Positions 44,567-55,317 of a DNA stretch of 64,000 nt are shown here, one piece after another. A model generated the notes under the pieces. The model ran no database searches. It had not been told where the DNA came from and saw only the letters and a program-made list of their open reading frames with translations. Each line of letters opens with the position of its first letter. The stretch's first letter is position 1. The stretch covers positions 2,129,729 to 2,193,728 of the forward strand of contig OY970351.1 in NCBI GenBank assembly GCA_963717975.1, in the 5' to 3' direction. The translations under genes and the position numbers were made by a program. Source of the stretch: an uncultured Acidimicrobiaceae bacterium. GTDB taxonomy: Bacteria > Actinomycetota > Acidimicrobiia > Acidimicrobiales > RAAP-2.

Positions 44567-44846
44567 AACGCAAGGGCGTGATCGAGGAGCAGACCCCAAC
44601 CAAGTGCTCCACGATCCGATACGGCTCACTGGTCGAGCAGAGTAAGTCAATTACTCGGAGTTGAATTAGCCTGCTCGACCAGTTCCGTTGGGACCGTACT
44701 CAGGGTTATCCCTGTGGCGTGCGTTTGGTGTGTGCTTGGTACCATGAAGCCACAAGTGGATTGATGTCCATGATCGGTGCCTCGAAAATGGCGTGGGCGC
44801 CGGCGGGCGATGAATGTTCGGTTCATAAAAGAGATTGGGAGACAAC

Positions 44847-45293
44847 GTGTTATTGACACGAAAGATTCGAGTCGTGGCGGTCGCGGGCGCACTGAGCGCC
44901 GGAATCTTGACCGGTGGCCTGATGAGCGTCGGTGGCGCGAGTGCCGCCGCGACACCGAAATTAGTTGTTACGCCGTCCACCGGTTTAACGAACCACAAGA
45001 CCGTAGAAGTCTCCGGAACCGGTTTTAAGCCCAAGGACCAGGTGTACATCACGGAGTGTCAGGCGACCGCCAAGGGCGAGGCGGGCTGCGACATCTTCGT
45101 CGCGGTCCCCGTGAAGATCAGCGCCACCGGCGTGCTGCCCAAGACGAAGTTCAAAGTCGTGACCGGCACTGTGGGCAACGGTAAGTGCGGCACCACGGCG
45201 GCGAACCTGAGAAAGTGCGCGGTGAGTGTCGGCAATGCCGCGGGCGGTGACAGCGCGGTCTTCAAGATCGTCTTCGCCGCGCCCAAGAAGTAA
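44847..45293 (+). CDS. Secreted neocarzinostatin-family (enediyne apoprotein-like) protein
   Basis: GGGAGA SD plus GTG 44847. Signal peptide ending ASAAAT. VTPSTGLTNHKTVEVSGTGF, C-x9-C, and KCGTTAANLRKCAVSVGNAAGG resembling the DCTTAACQVGLSDAAGNG region of neocarzinostatin. Confidence 0.65.
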   Translation: MLLTRKIRVVAVAGALSAGILTGGLMSVGGASAAATPKLVVTPSTGLTNHKTVEVSGTGFKPKDQVYITECQATAKGEAGCDIFVAVPVKISATGVLPKTKFKVVTGTVGNGKCGTTAANLRKCAVSVGNAAGGDSAVFKIVFAAPKK

Positions 45294-45468
45294 GGCGCCT
45301 CAAGAGCCGCGGCGACCCTTCGTGCTCCCGGACCGCGGATTCGAGTGGTCGAGGCGGCGCGGTGGGACCATACATTGGTCCGAGTATTTGATTTGACAGC
45401 ATGGCTCAGGACGGGTTCGTAACGATCAACGCGGACCCGGAAGTGTCACTCGGTGACGAAAGGGGAGC

Positions 45469-47109
45469 ATGACCGAAGACCTGGCCCCCCCTTCCACCTC
45501 ATCTCGAGAGTCGAGCCAAGTCCGCGATGTCATCATTCGGGGCATTCGCGCTCACTTCAGCTTCGCGGCGTTACTGATGATCCTGTTCCTGACGTTCCTG
45601 GACAATACGGTGGCGAGCGCCGTACTGACCAGCGTGCAGGCGAAACTCCACGCGAACGTGTCGCAGCTGCAGTGGGTGGTCGGAGGGTACGCCCTCGCCT
45701 TCGCGAGCCTGATGTTGATGTTCGGCGCCCTGGGTGACAACTTTGGTCGAAAGCGTCTGATGTTGATCGGCGTGGCGATCTTCTGCGGTGGCTCCGTGGT
45801 CTGTGCGATCTCGGTCAACCCCAGTGAACTCGTTATCGGGCGCGTCATTATGGGTATCGGGGCCGCCGCGTCAGAACCCGCGACCCTGTCGATGATCCGT
45901 CACATCTACCCCGATCAAAAGGCCCGGGCGCGCGCGCTCGGCGCGTGGGCGGCGGTGTCGGGACTGGCGCTCGCGATGGGTCCGGTCATTGGCGGGATCT
46001 TGGTCGGCATCTGGTCGTGGCGGGCGGTCTTCTGGTTCAACCTCCTGTTCGGCGCCCTGGCGTTCATCGTGGCGGCCATCGCGCTGCCCGAAAGCGTGAA
46101 CGCGATTCGCAAGCGCGTTGACTACGCCGGGTTCTTCTTCGGCGCGGTCATCCTCGGCACCGCGACCTTCGCCTGCATCCAGGGTGAGCTGTCGGGCTAC
46201 GAGAGCGGCTGGGTCATCACCCTGTTCATCGTCAGCTTCCTCACGGTGCCGATCTTCTACCTCTGTGAGAAGAGTGCGAAGAGCCCGATGCTCGAGTTGG
46301 GCTTCTTCCGTCGTAAGTCCTTCACCGGATCGGCCTTCATCGCCTTCGCGAGCTACTTCTCGATCTTCTCGATCTTCTTCTTCGTCGCGCTGTACCTGGA
46401 GGTCGTGGCCTCGGTCAGCGCCTACGGCTTGGCCCTGGACTTCTTGCCGTTGCTCGGCGGCATCGTGGTGGCGTCGCTCTTCACCGGCCGTTGGGTGGGC
46501 CGCGTCGGCTCCCGCGTTCCGATGACGGTCGGCTGTCTCTTGGCCGGGCTCGGCGTCATCTTGACGTTCGCCGCGATCGGACCCCACGTCGGCGTGTCGA
46601 TACTCGGCTGGACCATGGGAATCGCCGGCATCGGCTTCGGCATCGTCATCGTGCCCGTGAACGCGACGGCGCTGTCGAGCCTGCCGGCCGCGAACTCCGG
46701 TATGGCCTCGTCGGCCGTCAACACCAGTCGCGAGCTCGGAGCCGTCGCCGGGGTGGCGATCCTGGGTTCGATCGTCAACGGACAGCTCACCGTGAATCTC
46801 ACTCAGCGACTCATCCAGATCGGCGTACCTGCGTCCTATCGCCAACTGGTCATCTCGGCCGTGACGACGGGACAGACCTCGGAGGCCGAAGCCAAGCTCA
46901 ACCCGGCGACCCGCAAGGCCTTCGGTCCGATCATCAAAAAGGTCGTCAACGCCGCCTACGGCGCGTTGACGCACGGCCTCGATATCGCACTCGTCGCGTC
47001 CGCGGCGCTGCTGCTCTTCTCGGCCGCGGTCGCCTACGCGACGGGGACGGCGGAGAAGATCGAGTTGATCGACGTCGTCGAAGTGGAACCGCTCGCGGCG
47101 TTCACCTGA
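45469..47109 (+). CDS. MFS transporter, DHA2 (EmrB/QacA-like, 14-TM) drug:H+ antiporter family
   Basis: 546 aa. LDNTVASAVL...GALGDNFGRKR motif. Many TM segments. Confidence 0.88.
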   Translation: MTEDLAPPSTSSRESSQVRDVIIRGIRAHFSFAALLMILFLTFLDNTVASAVLTSVQAKLHANVSQLQWVVGGYALAFASLMLMFGALGDNFGRKRLMLIGVAIFCGGSVVCAISVNPSELVIGRVIMGIGAAASEPATLSMIRHIYPDQKARARALGAWAAVSGLALAMGPVIGGILVGIWSWRAVFWFNLLFGALAFIVAAIALPESVNAIRKRVDYAGFFFGAVILGTATFACIQGELSGYESGWVITLFIVSFLTVPIFYLCEKSAKSPMLELGFFRRKSFTGSAFIAFASYFSIFSIFFFVALYLEVVASVSAYGLALDFLPLLGGIVVASLFTGRWVGRVGSRVPMTVGCLLAGLGVILTFAAIGPHVGVSILGWTMGIAGIGFGIVIVPVNATALSSLPAANSGMASSAVNTSRELGAVAGVAILGSIVNGQLTVNLTQRLIQIGVPASYRQLVISAVTTGQTSEAEAKLNPATRKAFGPIIKKVVNAAYGALTHGLDIALVASAALLLFSAAVAYATGTAEKIELIDVVEVEPLAAFT

Positions 47110-47842
47110 CGTCGCTCGCGGCGACGGGGACTGGTCGCCGTCGCGGCTCGAGGAGTTCGACCGCGACCATGACCGAGAAACAGACAAAGAAGATCGGTTC
47201 GACGAACGCGCCGAATCGGTCGGTCAGGTACGCGACGCCGAGCAGGGGATAGCCGATCGCCATCGCGACCGCGGTCGCTTTGACGGCGATCGCGACCCAG
47301 CCCTGATCGTGCTGCGTGCGCCTCCAGGCGAAGTAGACGGCCGTCGTCATGAACCCGAACTCGAATATCCCGGAGATCACGTGGAGGTAGTGGTGCAACG
47401 GAAGTCGCAGGTGCCACTCGGCGCTGCGGCAGGCCGCGCTCAGTCCTTCGGGGCAGGCGTAGGAGAAATGGCCACCGACCGCGCCCGCGACCGCGAAGAG
47501 CAGCAACCATCGCCACTCCTTACGCTTGCCCTTCGGGCCCCAGGGACCGCGAATCAGGAACGCGACGAACATCACGATGCCCGCCGCGAGGTCTAAGTGC
47601 GCGAAGAGCGTCGCGTCCGGTCGTCCGGTCGCCTCCAGGTCACTGAAGAACTCGTCGGTGCTGATAAGCAGGTTGGTCGCGACGAGCACCCAGACCCACC
47701 AGTTGTAGAGGACGATTCCGACGAGACCCAGGAACTGGGCGACGAAGAGCCGAAGACTGTAGGCACCGACCAATCGAACGTCACTGGCTGGCGCAGGGGA
47801 TTGAGCTTCGGCGTCGATTCCCTCGCCGTGACTCGCGCTCAT
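47102..47842 (-). CDS. Integral membrane protein (possibly DUF998-like)
   Basis: 246 aa, about 6 hydrophobic segments. The family assignment is tentative. Confidence 0.6.
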   Translation of the reverse strand: MSASHGEGIDAEAQSPAPASDVRLVGAYSLRLFVAQFLGLVGIVLYNWWVWVLVATNLLISTDEFFSDLEATGRPDATLFAHLDLAAGIVMFVAFLIRGPWGPKGKRKEWRWLLLFAVAGAVGGHFSYACPEGLSAACRSAEWHLRLPLHHYLHVISGIFEFGFMTTAVYFAWRRTQHDQGWVAIAVKATAVAMAIGYPLLGVAYLTDRFGAFVEPIFFVCFSVMVAVELLEPRRRPVPVAASDVR

Positions 47843-47860
47843 GATTCCCCCGAAAGATCC

Positions 47861-48280
47861 CTAGATGACGGTCAACGTGATCGGCACCGCCGCCAAGGCC
47901 TTGGAGACGGGACAGTTGGCCTTGGCGTCTTCGGCCGCGGCTTTGAAACCCTCGGCGTCGAGGCCCTCGGCAGTGCCCGAAACCGTGATGCGACTCTCCG
48001 TGATACCGACGCCGGGCTGGAAGTCGACCTCGACCGAGGTGTTGAGTTCGATTGCGGTATTGCCTGACTTCGCCAGTCCGTTCGAGAGCGCCATCGAGAA
48101 ACACGACGCGTGCGCCGCGGCGATGAGTTCTTCCGGGCTGGTTCGTCCGTTGGCCGACTCGGCCCTCGACGCCCACGTGATGGGGTAGGTGCCGATGCCG
48201 CTGGAGGTCATCTCGACCGTTCCCTGACCCTCGAGGAGCGTGCCTTCCCAATGGGCTCGTGCGTTACGGGTTGTCGCCAT
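47861..48280 (-). CDS. osmC: OsmC family peroxiredoxin
   Basis: 139 aa. TSPEELIAAAHASCFSMAL and AKANCPVSKAL two-Cys motifs. Confidence 0.88.
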   Translation of the reverse strand: MATTRNARAHWEGTLLEGQGTVEMTSSGIGTYPITWASRAESANGRTSPEELIAAAHASCFSMALSNGLAKSGNTAIELNTSVEVDFQPGVGITESRITVSGTAEGLDAEGFKAAAEDAKANCPVSKALAAVPITLTVI

Positions 48281-48410
48281 TGATCGTCCTTGTCATTCGT
48301 CGTACCGGGTCTCTCCGCGGTGACCGAATTCACACTACCCACGGCGTTGTCGCACTCGGTCACTAGCGTGACCATCGCGACGCTCGTGGCGACGTCGCGA
48401 AGGGGGATCG

Positions 48411-49010
48411 GTGTCGACACGCGTGTACTTCGAAGAGGGTAAGAGTTCGGTCTTCGCCGCGGCGATCGACTGGCCCGGATGGTGTCGCCGCGCCAAGACA
48501 TCCGACCTCGCGCTCGAAGCCCTCTTCGACTACCAGGACCGCTACGCCGCCGTGCTCACGATGCCCTTCAAGCCCGGACCGTTCGACGTCGTCGGCGCCG
48601 TCGCCGGGAACCGGACGACGGACTTCGGTGCACCGGCCGTCGATACGCCGTGGGACGCGGAGGTGATATCAACGCGCGACCTCAACCGTCAGGTCAGGGT
48701 CTTAGAGGACTGTTGGGCGTACTTCGACCGCGTCGTTGCATCGGCGCCGGCGACGCTCGTAAAAGGTCCGCGCGGGGGCGGTCGCGACCGCGACGGTGTC
48801 GTGGACCACACGCGAGAGGCCGAGCGCCACTACTGCTCGAAGCTCGGCACTCGGGTACCGCCGCGAACGCCGTGGGTAGAACAGCGCAACACGGTCACGT
48901 CAGCGTTGCTCGCCAATTCGCCGGACGCGTCCTGGCCGTCGCGTTACTCACTTCGTCGACTCGCCTGGCACGTCCTCGATCACGCGTGGGAGATCGAAGA
49001 CAAGTCGTAG
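48411..49010 (+). CDS. Hypothetical protein (possibly DinB-superfamily-like)
   Basis: 199-aa ORF with typical high-GC codon bias. His-rich helices (HTREAERHY, WHVLDHAWE). Confidence 0.55.
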   Translation: MSTRVYFEEGKSSVFAAAIDWPGWCRRAKTSDLALEALFDYQDRYAAVLTMPFKPGPFDVVGAVAGNRTTDFGAPAVDTPWDAEVISTRDLNRQVRVLEDCWAYFDRVVASAPATLVKGPRGGGRDRDGVVDHTREAERHYCSKLGTRVPPRTPWVEQRNTVTSALLANSPDASWPSRYSLRRLAWHVLDHAWEIEDKS

Positions 49011-49060
49011 CACTCAATGACCGCGGTCGCCACGTGCGCTGATGCACGCGCGGCCCATCG

Positions 49061-49405
49061 TCAACTGGTAGTGAGATGGTCCTTCAGGATGCCCATGCGA
49101 CGCGTGAACTCGTCTTCGTCGATCTCGCCTTTCGCGAATCGCAGCTTCAGGACCTCGGCGGCGGCACCATCGGTCGAGGATGAACTCCCGCCCGTCGTGA
49201 CGTGCGCGTGACGATGAGACTGCGCGTGATCGAATTGGCGGATGACGCAGTACGCGATCGCCGCGACGACAATAAGGAACAGAATCATGATGACCAACCT
49301 CGCTATTCCGGGACCCCCGAAGGAACCAATGAAGACGCGGCCACGAGCAGGACCACCGGGGCCGAATCCAAAGGGTCCGATATGAAACGACCTTTGTACT
49401 CCCAC
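49061..49405 (-). CDS. SHOCT-domain membrane protein
   Basis: One TM segment (LVIMILFLIVVAAIAY). C-terminal LRFAKGEIDEDEFTRRMGIL SHOCT motif. Confidence 0.75.
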   Translation of the reverse strand: MGVQRSFHIGPFGFGPGGPARGRVFIGSFGGPGIARLVIMILFLIVVAAIAYCVIRQFDHAQSHRHAHVTTGGSSSSTDGAAAEVLKLRFAKGEIDEDEFTRRMGILKDHLTTS

Positions 49406-49512
49406 TCGATGCCTCTTTCCCTAAAGCCTTGACACGAACTTACTGTCGCCCGACACCCACGCTGACGCCGGCTTCGTCAAAAACCCTGAGTATTTAGGGG
49501 TTTCTTAAGGGT

Positions 49513-51657
49513 TTAGACCGCAACGTCTTCGGTCGCCTCAACCGCGAGGTGGGGCACGATCCGGTCCAACCACTTGGGGAAGTACCAGTTCGCCTTGCCG
49601 AAGAAGTGCATGAGCGCCGGCACGAGGATGGTCCGAAGGATGAACGCGTCCATCAAGACCGCGCCACCGAGGCCGATGCCGAACTCGGCGATGATGCGTT
49701 GGCCGCCGAAGGCGAAGGAGAGGAAGACGCAGATCATGATCAGGGCCGCGGCCGAGATCACGCGGCCCGTGTTGGCTTGACCCCGGTTGATCGCCTCTTC
49801 GTTGCTCCCCGTGTTCAACCACTCCTCGTGCATGCGCGAGACCAAGAAGACCTGATAGTCCATCGAGAGTCCGAAGAGGATGGCGATCATGATCGTGGGC
49901 AGGAAGGATTCGACCGGTCCCGTGCCGGCGTTGATGAGCGAACTTCCCCAGCCCCACTGGAAGACGGCGACGACGAGACCGAAGGACGCGCCAGCCGCAA
50001 AGATGTTCATGGCCGCGGCCGTGAGAGGGATGACGATGCTGCGAAATGCGACCATCAGGAGCAGGCATCCCAGGAACACGATGACGCCGACGAAGAGCGG
50101 GATCTTCGAGGTGAAGACCTGGGCGAAGTCAACGAAGATCGCCGTGAGTCCGCCCACGTAGATGCCGGTGTGACCATGGGCGTCGACGGCCGGGATGTAA
50201 TCGTTGCGAATCGTGCTGATGAGATGCTCGGTGGCCGTTGACTCCGGACTGGTCTTGGGCACCACGTAGATGACGGCGACCTTGCCACTCTTGGAGATCT
50301 GGAGTGGCGCCGCGACCGCGACGTCGGGCTTGCCTTGCAGATTCTGGTCCAGGGCCTCCATCGTCGCCTCGTCCTTGGCGTTGTGGATCGACCCGACCAC
50401 TTGCAGCGGCCCATTGAAGCCGGGGCCGAAGCCCGTGGCGAGCAGGTCGTAGGCCTGGCGCGTCGTGGAACTCGCGGGGTCGGTGCCCGCGTCAGAACTC
50501 CCGAGGTGCAGCGAGAAGAACGGAACGCAGATGAGCACGATGGCGATGAGCGCGACGAGCGACAGCTTTCGCGGGTGCTTCGAGACCGTGTTCGCCCACC
50601 GCTGCCAGGCCGTGTTGGTGACGACCGGCTCGGGCCCGTGCTCGTTGAGCGCACGCCGTTCTTTGCGGCTCAATATGCGATTGCCCCAGAAGCCGAGCAG
50701 GGCCGGGAGGAACGTCAGCGACGCGAACATCGTGATCAAGACGGTCAGCGACGCGGCGATGGCGACACCGTTCAAGAACGAGAGTTGCAAGACGAGCATG
50801 CCGAGCAGCGCGATGCACACCGTCGAGCCGGCGAAGAGCACCGCGCGGCCTGAAGTGTTGACGGCCGTAACGATGGCCTCTTCCGGACTCAAGCCGCGTT
50901 TCAACCCCTGACGAGCGCGCGTCACGATGAAGAGCGCGTAGTCGATCCCGACACCGAGTCCGATGAGCGAACCGAGGATCGGGGCGAAGGTCGCGATCGA
51001 GAGTCCGTGACTCAGCAACGTGGTGACCGCGGTCGCCGTGCCCACCGACACGAGCCCGACCAGAAGCGGTAAGAGCATGGAGAAGATCGAGCCGAAGGCC
51101 AGCACGAGGACGATGGCGGTCAGAATCAGTCCGTAGATGACGTCGGGGCTGCCCTTTTGCGACGCCAGGTCCTCGAAGGCGTTACCCGCGAACTCCACGT
51201 CGAGCGACGTCGATCGTGCCGAGATGCCGGCGGTCTCGACCGGTTGGATCTGCGCGTTCTTCAGTTTGTAACCCTGCTTGGTGAAGTACACGACGGAGTA
51301 GGCGATCTTTCCGTTCTTGCTGATTTGCAGCGAGCCCCCGACGAAGGGCGAGACGACGCTGGCGACCGACGGGACCTTCGCCACCTTCTTGTCCATCGCG
51401 AGGATCTCTCTTTGGTGACTGGCGATCGTGCCGGTGCGCGCGTGAAAGACAATCTCGTCGACGTCGCCGGACTTGCTCTTGAAGCCCGACTGCAAGAGCG
51501 ACAGCGCGTGCGTCGAGTTGGTCCCGGGCAGCGTGAACGTGTTGGCGTACGCGGTGCCGAAGCTCTGCGAGAGGGCGTTCATGCCCAAGAAGAGGACGAT
51601 CCAGACGGCGAGTATCAGCCATCGACGCCGATAGGCAAAGCGGGCAAGGGACTTCAT
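49513..51657 (-). CDS. MMPL family (RND superfamily) transporter
   Basis: 714 aa with two 6-TM bundles and two extracytoplasmic loops. GIDYALFIVTR and GLSMDYQVFLVSR motifs. Confidence 0.9.
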   Translation of the reverse strand: MKSLARFAYRRRWLILAVWIVLFLGMNALSQSFGTAYANTFTLPGTNSTHALSLLQSGFKSKSGDVDEIVFHARTGTIASHQREILAMDKKVAKVPSVASVVSPFVGGSLQISKNGKIAYSVVYFTKQGYKLKNAQIQPVETAGISARSTSLDVEFAGNAFEDLASQKGSPDVIYGLILTAIVLVLAFGSIFSMLLPLLVGLVSVGTATAVTTLLSHGLSIATFAPILGSLIGLGVGIDYALFIVTRARQGLKRGLSPEEAIVTAVNTSGRAVLFAGSTVCIALLGMLVLQLSFLNGVAIAASLTVLITMFASLTFLPALLGFWGNRILSRKERRALNEHGPEPVVTNTAWQRWANTVSKHPRKLSLVALIAIVLICVPFFSLHLGSSDAGTDPASSTTRQAYDLLATGFGPGFNGPLQVVGSIHNAKDEATMEALDQNLQGKPDVAVAAPLQISKSGKVAVIYVVPKTSPESTATEHLISTIRNDYIPAVDAHGHTGIYVGGLTAIFVDFAQVFTSKIPLFVGVIVFLGCLLLMVAFRSIVIPLTAAAMNIFAAGASFGLVVAVFQWGWGSSLINAGTGPVESFLPTIMIAILFGLSMDYQVFLVSRMHEEWLNTGSNEEAINRGQANTGRVISAAALIMICVFLSFAFGGQRIIAEFGIGLGGAVLMDAFILRTILVPALMHFFGKANWYFPKWLDRIVPHLAVEATEDVAV

Positions 51658-51747
51658 ATAGGCGAGTTCTCCTGATTGGGCGAGAGGGGGACCGAATAAA
51701 TTCGTGATGTTGTTTTATTCGCTATAAAAGATTAGGGGAGATTGACT

Positions 51748-52545
51748 ATGGCGCCAGACGGCGCGAGGCCGGCGCGCTTCGAGGGGCACGACTACCCCCA
51801 GTCCCTTCCCGAGCCGGACGACATCCAACCGGGCGCGCTCGCGCCGTGGAGCGCGTTGTCACCACGCGAACGAAGCGGCATCACGCTCGAAATCGTCGAA
51901 TCGAGGTTGCGCGACGCGCAGCGACACCTTGAGAGTTCGTCGACTCCGGGTGATCCGAGTGCGATGGCGCTCGCCGATATAGAAGGTCAACCGATCACCC
52001 GGCGCTCGGCCGTCCTCGCGGCACTGTTCGAGGAACGTGGCGAAACACACGTGGTCCTGACCCGTCGATCGCTGGAACTGCGCGACCACCGGGGTGAGAT
52101 CGCGCTCCCGGGTGGGCGCAGTGACCCGAGAGAGACGCCGATCGACACCGCGCTGCGCGAGGCGAGCGAAGAGGTCGGCATCGACGAGGAGTCGGTGCGC
52201 GTCGTCGGATGGCTCAGTCCCATCGTGACGCTGGCCCTGGGGTCGGCGATCTGGCCCGTCGTGGGCTTCTTGAACGGGCGACCGTCGATGGTGACCGACC
52301 CCGCCGAGGTCGAGCGCGCGTTCACCGTGTCACTGACGTCGCTGCTCGACGACGGTTCGTTCCTGGAGGAGCGGTGGCGTCGACAACAGGCTCGACCAGG
52401 TGCCGACGCCGACGGCTACTTCCCGATCTACTTCTACCGAGTTCCCGGCGACCTCATCTGGGGCGCGACCGCTCGCGTCGTGACCGAGTTGCTCTGCGTC
52501 GTCACCGGCGTCGAGTGGCCCGAGGCGAAGCGGGCCTGGCCGTAA
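51748..52545 (+). CDS. NUDIX hydrolase (CoA pyrophosphatase-like)
   Basis: SD AGGGGAG lies 7 nt before ATG 51748. NUDIX box GGRSDPRETPIDTALREASEEVGI. Confidence 0.85.
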   Translation: MAPDGARPARFEGHDYPQSLPEPDDIQPGALAPWSALSPRERSGITLEIVESRLRDAQRHLESSSTPGDPSAMALADIEGQPITRRSAVLAALFEERGETHVVLTRRSLELRDHRGEIALPGGRSDPRETPIDTALREASEEVGIDEESVRVVGWLSPIVTLALGSAIWPVVGFLNGRPSMVTDPAEVERAFTVSLTSLLDDGSFLEERWRRQQARPGADADGYFPIYFYRVPGDLIWGATARVVTELLCVVTGVEWPEAKRAWP

Positions 52546-52615
52546 GGACGCCTAGTAGATTGTTCAGTAATGAACGCCAATTCTTTGGTCGTTTGCTTCT
52601 TAGGCGGAGGTCACT

Positions 52616-53779
52616 ATGGCAGAAGTTGAGATCGGCATTTATAAATCGGCGCGACAGGCGTACGGCTTCGACGACATCGCCATCGTGCCGTCGCGGCGCA
52701 CGCGCGACCCCGAGGACGTCGACATCTCGTGGCAGATCGACGCCTACAAGTTCGAGCTCCCGGTGCTCGGTTCGGCGATGGACGGTGCGATGTCGCCCGA
52801 CACGGCGATCGAACTCGGCCGACTCGGCGGGCTCGGGGTCTTGAACCTCGAGGGTCTCTGGACCCGGTACGAGGACCCGATGCCGCTCTTCGAAGAGATC
52901 CGCGAGCTCGACGACGACAAGGCGACGGCGCGCATGCAGCAGATGTACCTCGAGCCGATCAAGATCGAACTCGTCGCCCAGCGCATCACCGAGATGAAGG
53001 CCGCGGGCATCACGACGTCGGCCTCGGTGACGCCGGCGCGCACCGACTGGATGGCCAAGACCATCCTCGACGCCGGTCTCGACATCCTGGTGATCCAGGG
53101 AACCGTCGTCTCGGCCGAGCACGTCTCCAAGACCGTCGAGCCGTTGAATCTGAAGAAGTTCATTCGAGAGTTCGAACTGCCGGTGATCGTCGGCGGTTGC
53201 GCGAGTTACCAGGCCGCCCTCCACCTCATGCGCACCGGCGCCGCCGGCGTGCTGGTGGGCGTCGGACCGGGGAACGCCTGCACCTCGCGCGCGGTGCTCG
53301 GCATCGGTGTGCCCCAGGCCACGGCGATCGCCGACGTCGCGGGCGCGCGAATGCGCCACCTCGACGAGACGGGCGTGTACGTGCACGTCATCGCCGACGG
53401 CGGCATGAGCAAGGGCGGCGATATCGCCAAGGCCATCGCCTGCGGTGCCGACGCCGTGATGATCGGCTCGCCGCTGACCAGCGCGGTCGAGGCGCCGGCG
53501 CGGGGATTCCACTGGGGCATGGCGACCTTCCACCCGACGTTGCCGCGCGGCACGCGCGTGCGCACGCAAGTGCGCGGCACGCTGAAAGAGGTCCTGCTCG
53601 GACCGGCGCACGAGAATGACGGTCGCCTCAATCTCTTCGGAGCGCTGCGGACGTCGATGGCAACCTGTGGGTACGAAACGTTGAAGGAGTTCCAAAAGGC
53701 CGAGATCATGCTCGCGCCGTCACTCCAGACTGAAGGAAAGCAGTTGCAGCGCTCCCAGGGCGTTGGCATGGGACATTGA
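52616..53779 (+). CDS. guaB3: IMP dehydrogenase family protein (GuaB3-like)
   Basis: 387 aa. [10 protein letters not shown]...[11 protein letters not shown]... Lies immediately upstream of guaA, as in actinobacteria. Confidence 0.85.
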   Translation: MAEVEIGIYKSARQAYGFDDIAIVPSRRTRDPEDVDISWQIDAYKFELPVLGSAMDGAMSPDTAIELGRLGGLGVLNLEGLWTRYEDPMPLFEEIRELDDDKATARMQQMYLEPIKIELVAQRITEMKAAGITTSASVTPARTDWMAKTILDAGLDILVIQGTVVSAEHVSKTVEPLNLKKFIREFELPVIVGGCASYQAALHLMRTGAAGVLVGVGPGNACTSRAVLGIGVPQATAIADVAGARMRHLDETGVYVHVIADGGMSKGGDIAKAIACGADAVMIGSPLTSAVEAPARGFHWGMATFHPTLPRGTRVRTQVRGTLKEVLLGPAHENDGRLNLFGALRTSMATCGYETLKEFQKAEIMLAPSLQTEGKQLQRSQGVGMGH

Positions 53780-55317
53780 CCTCGAACGTCCTCGTCGTCG
53801 ATTTCGGTGCTCAGTACGCGCAGTTGATCGCGCGACGGGTGCGTGAGGCGCACGTCTACTCCGAGATCGTCCAATCGACGATCAGCGCCGACGAGGTCCG
53901 CGTGAAGGCTCCGGCCGCCATCATCCTCTCTGGCGGTCCGAAGTCGGTCTACGAAGTTCCGGCGCCCTCGCTCGATCCGGCGATCTACGAACTCGGCATT
54001 CCCGTCTTGGGCATCTGTTACGGCGCGCAACTCATGGCCCAACAGCTCGGCGGCGACGTCGCCAACACCGGCGTCGGCGAGTACGGCCGCACGACGTTGA
54101 CCCGTCAGGGACGCTCGGTGCTGATGGACGAGTGGCCGGCGAGCGTGACGTGCTGGATGAGTCACGGGGACGCCATCGCCGCCGCGCCCGAAGGCTTCGT
54201 CGTGACCGGTTCCTCGCCCGAGGCGCCTGTCGCGGTGATGGAGGACGTGGCGCGACGTCTCCACGCCGTGCAGTTCCATCCCGAGGTCGTTCACACCGAG
54301 CGGGGCCAGGAGCTCCTCGCGAACTTCCTGCACCGGGTGGCCGAGATTCCGCCGACGTGGACCAACACGTCGATCATCGAGGACCAGGTCGCGGCGATTC
54401 GCGCACAGGTCGGCGACGAAAGGGTGCTCTGTGCGTTGTCCGGCGGCGTCGACTCCGCCGTCGCCGCCGCGCTCGTCACCAAGGCCGTCGGCCGCCAACT
54501 CACCTGCGTCTTCGTCGACACCGGTCTGATGCGAAAGGACGAGGGCGAACAGATCGAAGAGACGTTCACCCGCCAATTTGGTGTCGAACTGATCCACGTC
54601 AAGGCGCAGGATCGCTTCTTCGACGCACTCGCCGGCGTGCTCGACCCCGAAGAGAAGCGCAAGATCATCGGCGAGCTGTTCATCCGAGAGTTCGAGACGG
54701 TGGCGCGCGAACTCGGCCAGGGCGGCGACGGTCCCCGGTTCCTCGTCCAGGGGACGCTCTATCCGGACGTCATCGAGTCGGGCTCGGGTCACGCGGCCAA
54801 CATCAAGAGTCACCACAACGTGGGCGGACTTCCCGAGGACCTCTCCTTCGAGCTCGTCGAACCGCTGCGGAGTCTCTTCAAGGACGAGGTGCGCCACGTC
54901 GGTGAAGAACTGGGACTGCCGGCCGAGATCGTCTGGCGCCAGCCCTTTCCGGGCCCGGGTCTGGGCGTGCGCATCGTCGGTGAGGTGACGCGCGAACGCG
55001 CCGAGATACTTCGCAACGCCGACTACGTCGTCGTCGACGAGATCAAGAAGGCGGGCCTGTATCGCGAACTGTGGCAGAGTTTCGCGGTGTTACCGGCGGT
55101 GCGTACGGTGGGGGTCATGGGCGATGGCCGAACGTACGCGTACCCGATCATCATCCGCGCCGTCACGAGTGACGACGCCATGACCGCGGACTGGGCGCGC
55201 TTGCCCTACGACGTGATCGAGAAGATCGCCAACCGATTGATCCGCGAGGTCGACGGCGTCAACCGGGTGGCGTTGGACGTGACCAGTAAGCCACCGGGCA
55301 CCATTGAGTGGGAGTGA
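53776..55317 (+). CDS. guaA: GMP synthase (glutamine-hydrolysing)
   Basis: 513 aa. GICYGAQL GATase motif, [10 protein letters not shown]-loop, and a GTIEWE C-terminus. Confidence 0.97.
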   Translation: MTSNVLVVDFGAQYAQLIARRVREAHVYSEIVQSTISADEVRVKAPAAIILSGGPKSVYEVPAPSLDPAIYELGIPVLGICYGAQLMAQQLGGDVANTGVGEYGRTTLTRQGRSVLMDEWPASVTCWMSHGDAIAAAPEGFVVTGSSPEAPVAVMEDVARRLHAVQFHPEVVHTERGQELLANFLHRVAEIPPTWTNTSIIEDQVAAIRAQVGDERVLCALSGGVDSAVAAALVTKAVGRQLTCVFVDTGLMRKDEGEQIEETFTRQFGVELIHVKAQDRFFDALAGVLDPEEKRKIIGELFIREFETVARELGQGGDGPRFLVQGTLYPDVIESGSGHAANIKSHHNVGGLPEDLSFELVEPLRSLFKDEVRHVGEELGLPAEIVWRQPFPGPGLGVRIVGEVTRERAEILRNADYVVVDEIKKAGLYRELWQSFAVLPAVRTVGVMGDGRTYAYPIIIRAVTSDDAMTADWARLPYDVIEKIANRLIREVDGVNRVALDVTSKPPGTIEWE

